Positions 62,636 through 64,000 of a DNA stretch of 64,000 nucleotides are shown here, piece after piece. Each line of letters starts with the position of its first letter. Within the stretch, counting starts at the first letter, position 1. The notes beneath the pieces are model-generated. The model did no database searches, was not told the origin of the DNA, and saw only the letters and a list, made by a program, of their open reading frames with translations. The stretch is from Clostridiales bacterium (GTDB taxonomy: Bacteria; Bacillota; Clostridia; Christensenellales; CAG-917): NCBI GenBank assembly GCA_022009995.1, contig CP091734.1:128997-192996 (forward strand). The letters run 5' to 3'. Position numbers and translations under genes: made by a program.

Positions 62636-62691
62636 AAAAAAACCTCCTTTAAGAGGTTCGCGTTAAAAGCCGCGCGAAAACGCGGTACTTC

Positions 62692-62781
62692 GCAGCGAAC
62701 GCGACAAGCCACCGCAGGTTTCCCTTTCGTTTGCGGGCGACATTCCATCCCGCAACACTTAACGCGACTTATCTACTCTGC
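62692..62781 (-). promoter_or_regulatory. THF (tetrahydrofolate) riboswitch, folT motif.
   Basis: Minus strand: GCAGAGUAGAUAAGUCGCGUUAAGUGUUGCGGGAUGGAAUGUCGCCCGCAAACGAAAGGGAAACCUGCGGUGGCUUGUCGCGUUCGCUGC. It matches, block by block, the Eubacterium siraeum THF aptamer as I recall it (AGAGUAGAU..UCGCGUUAAGUGU, AUGG.AUGUCG, AACGAA, GCGGUG, CGCU). Confidence 0.85.
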
Positions 62782-62859
62782 AACGCTAATAATAAACTAT
62801 CCGCGCCGAAAAATCAAGCGGCGGCGCATAAATCGCGAAAACTTAAAAATAATAGCGAT

Positions 62860-63561
62860 ATGCTCAACGTTTTAATTCGCGCAATAATATTATACTTTTT
62901 CCTGCTGGCGGCGATGCGGCTTATGGGAAAGCGGCAGTTGTCCGAGTTCCAGCCCTTCGAGTTTGCGATAACTCTCGTCGCGGCAGACCTTGCGTGCATT
63001 CCGATGTCGGACAATACCATTCCGATAATTTACGGCATAATCCCGATATTCACGCTTGTGATACTGCATAATTTCTTGACGTTTTTCGCAATCAAAAGTC
63101 ACCGCTTCCGAAAACTCATCAACGGCAAGCCAGTTATCCTCATCGGCGACGGCAAAATCGACTGCGACGTGCTTAAAAAATGCGGAATGACCGCAAACGA
63201 TCTTCTGGAAAGCCTGCGCGAACAAGGATATTTCAAAATCGGCGAGATAAACTACGCCGTGCTGGAAACAAACGGGAAAGTGTCCGTGCTACAAAAGTTT
63301 GCAAACGCGCCGGTAACGAACGCCGACCTTAATATCGAAGGCGGCAGCAACAACCTTCCTTACAACGTCGTCGTCGAGGGCAGGTTTATGGGGGATACGT
63401 TCAAAAGCATTACCCCTCCCCTTGAAAAGGACGTCGTCGTAAAAACGCTTGAAAAAGAGAATATGACAATCCGCGACGTGTTCTTGTTTTCCATTGACAA
63501 AGACGCGGCGTTTATACAAAGTTACGACGGGCGCGTCGTGAACACGATAATCGAAAAATGA
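62860..63561 (+). CDS. DUF421 (YetF-like) membrane protein.
   Basis: MLNVLIRAIILYFFLLAAMRLMGKRQLSEFQPFEFAITLVAADLA...LINGKPVILIGDGKIDCDVLKKCGMTANDLLESLREQGY.... Confidence 0.75.
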   Translation: MLNVLIRAIILYFFLLAAMRLMGKRQLSEFQPFEFAITLVAADLACIPMSDNTIPIIYGIIPIFTLVILHNFLTFFAIKSHRFRKLINGKPVILIGDGKIDCDVLKKCGMTANDLLESLREQGYFKIGEINYAVLETNGKVSVLQKFANAPVTNADLNIEGGSNNLPYNVVVEGRFMGDTFKSITPPLEKDVVVKTLEKENMTIRDVFLFSIDKDAAFIQSYDGRVVNTIIEK

Positions 63562-63937
63562 AAAAAGCAGTTATCCTTTTTATAATATTTCTTATGATTC
63601 TGGGCGCGGGAATTGCCGAACATTTTTTCGTGCATAAAACCTTTGACGACTTCAACGAGCGCATTGGAAAAATCGAAGCCGCGCTTCAAAACGACGACGT
63701 AGAGAACGCACTCGCATACGCCGAAGACCTGCAAAACTTCTGGGCGAAAAACGAAAACTCGTGGAGGCGATTTCCTATTGTCAGGACGCACGACAGGTCA
63801 ACGTAATACTTGGGGAACTCACGGGAAGTTTAAGATGCGAAGACTCCGACAACGCTTTCAGCAAAATCGAAAGCCTGTATCAACTCATACAAAACATACG
63901 GGATATGCTGGACTTCAACGCCATTGATATAATTTAA
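63558..63937 (+). CDS. DUF4363-like small membrane-anchored protein. One frameshift near 63770.
   Basis: MKKAVILFIIFLMILGAGIAEHFFVHKTFDDFNERIGKIEAAL... joins ...VNVILGELTGSLRCEDSDNAFSKIESLYQLIQNIRDMLDFNAIDII. This is the usual partner of DUF421. Confidence 0.55.
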
Positions 63938-63950
63938 TTATTTCGACAAA

Positions 63951-63985
63951 AAAGCGGCTTTACAAATGTAAAACCGCTTTTTAAC
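63951..63985 (+). terminator. Rho-independent terminator.
   Basis: AAGCGGCTTTACA-AA-TGTAAAACCGCTT followed by TTTAAC. Confidence 0.6.
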
Positions 63986-64000
63986 ATTGTTTTTTGCAAT

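Overview
This is a 64-kb chromosomal window from a Clostridia-type Firmicute. That assignment is an inference from gene content: a Gram-positive type IV pilus operon, a CIRCE operator in front of clpB, ECF FolT behind a THF riboswitch, a SpoVB-like flippase and a DUF421/DUF4363 pair. I count about 55 protein genes, one tRNA-Ala and two riboswitch-type leaders.

Main blocks:
- 1-11.8 kb (minus): type IV pilus operon in the order pilC, pilM, pilN, pilO, a ~1650-aa PilX-N-anchored giant protein, two pilins, pilD, pilB.
- 12.2-14.3 kb: two translationally coupled unknown genes.
- 14.4-22.3 kb: CDF transporter, ppiB, TetR, queH, feoA-feoB plus a Cys-rich peptide, and an M29 aminopeptidase.
- 22.3-23.4 kb: ORF-free stretch holding tRNA-Ala(GGC) and a partial duplicate.
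- 23.4-26.3 kb: P-type Ca/Mn-type ATPase behind a riboswitch-like leader.
- 26.4-30.3 kb: acyl-AMP ligase, ACP and thioesterase, divergent from a flavoprotein that looks like a fatty-acid isomerase.
- 30.4-38.7 kb: one operon with the complete shikimate pathway plus pheA and tyrA, preceded by a Tyr/Phe-rich leader peptide attenuator.
- 38.8-43.7 kb: GntR, a glycyl-radical enzyme, its activase and a split-barrel protein.
- 43.8-48.4 kb: MMPL transporter, EFR1 ferredoxin, a UDG-family gene, XRE and YqeY.
- 48.7-52.3 kb: immunity-like gene cassettes separated by a 62-nt direct repeat and bracketed by REP-like structured repeats.
- 52.6-64 kb: fused ABC/FtsX transporter, clpB, glucokinase, a MOP flippase, folT and DUF421/DUF4363.

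Caveat: the sequence carries at least 35 apparent single-base frameshifts, several of them visibly in homopolymer runs. Many split ORFs in the track are therefore single genes, and I report them as full-span CDSs. Consensus error is more likely than pseudogenisation.

All homology calls come from my own recognition of motifs in the translations; no database search was run.
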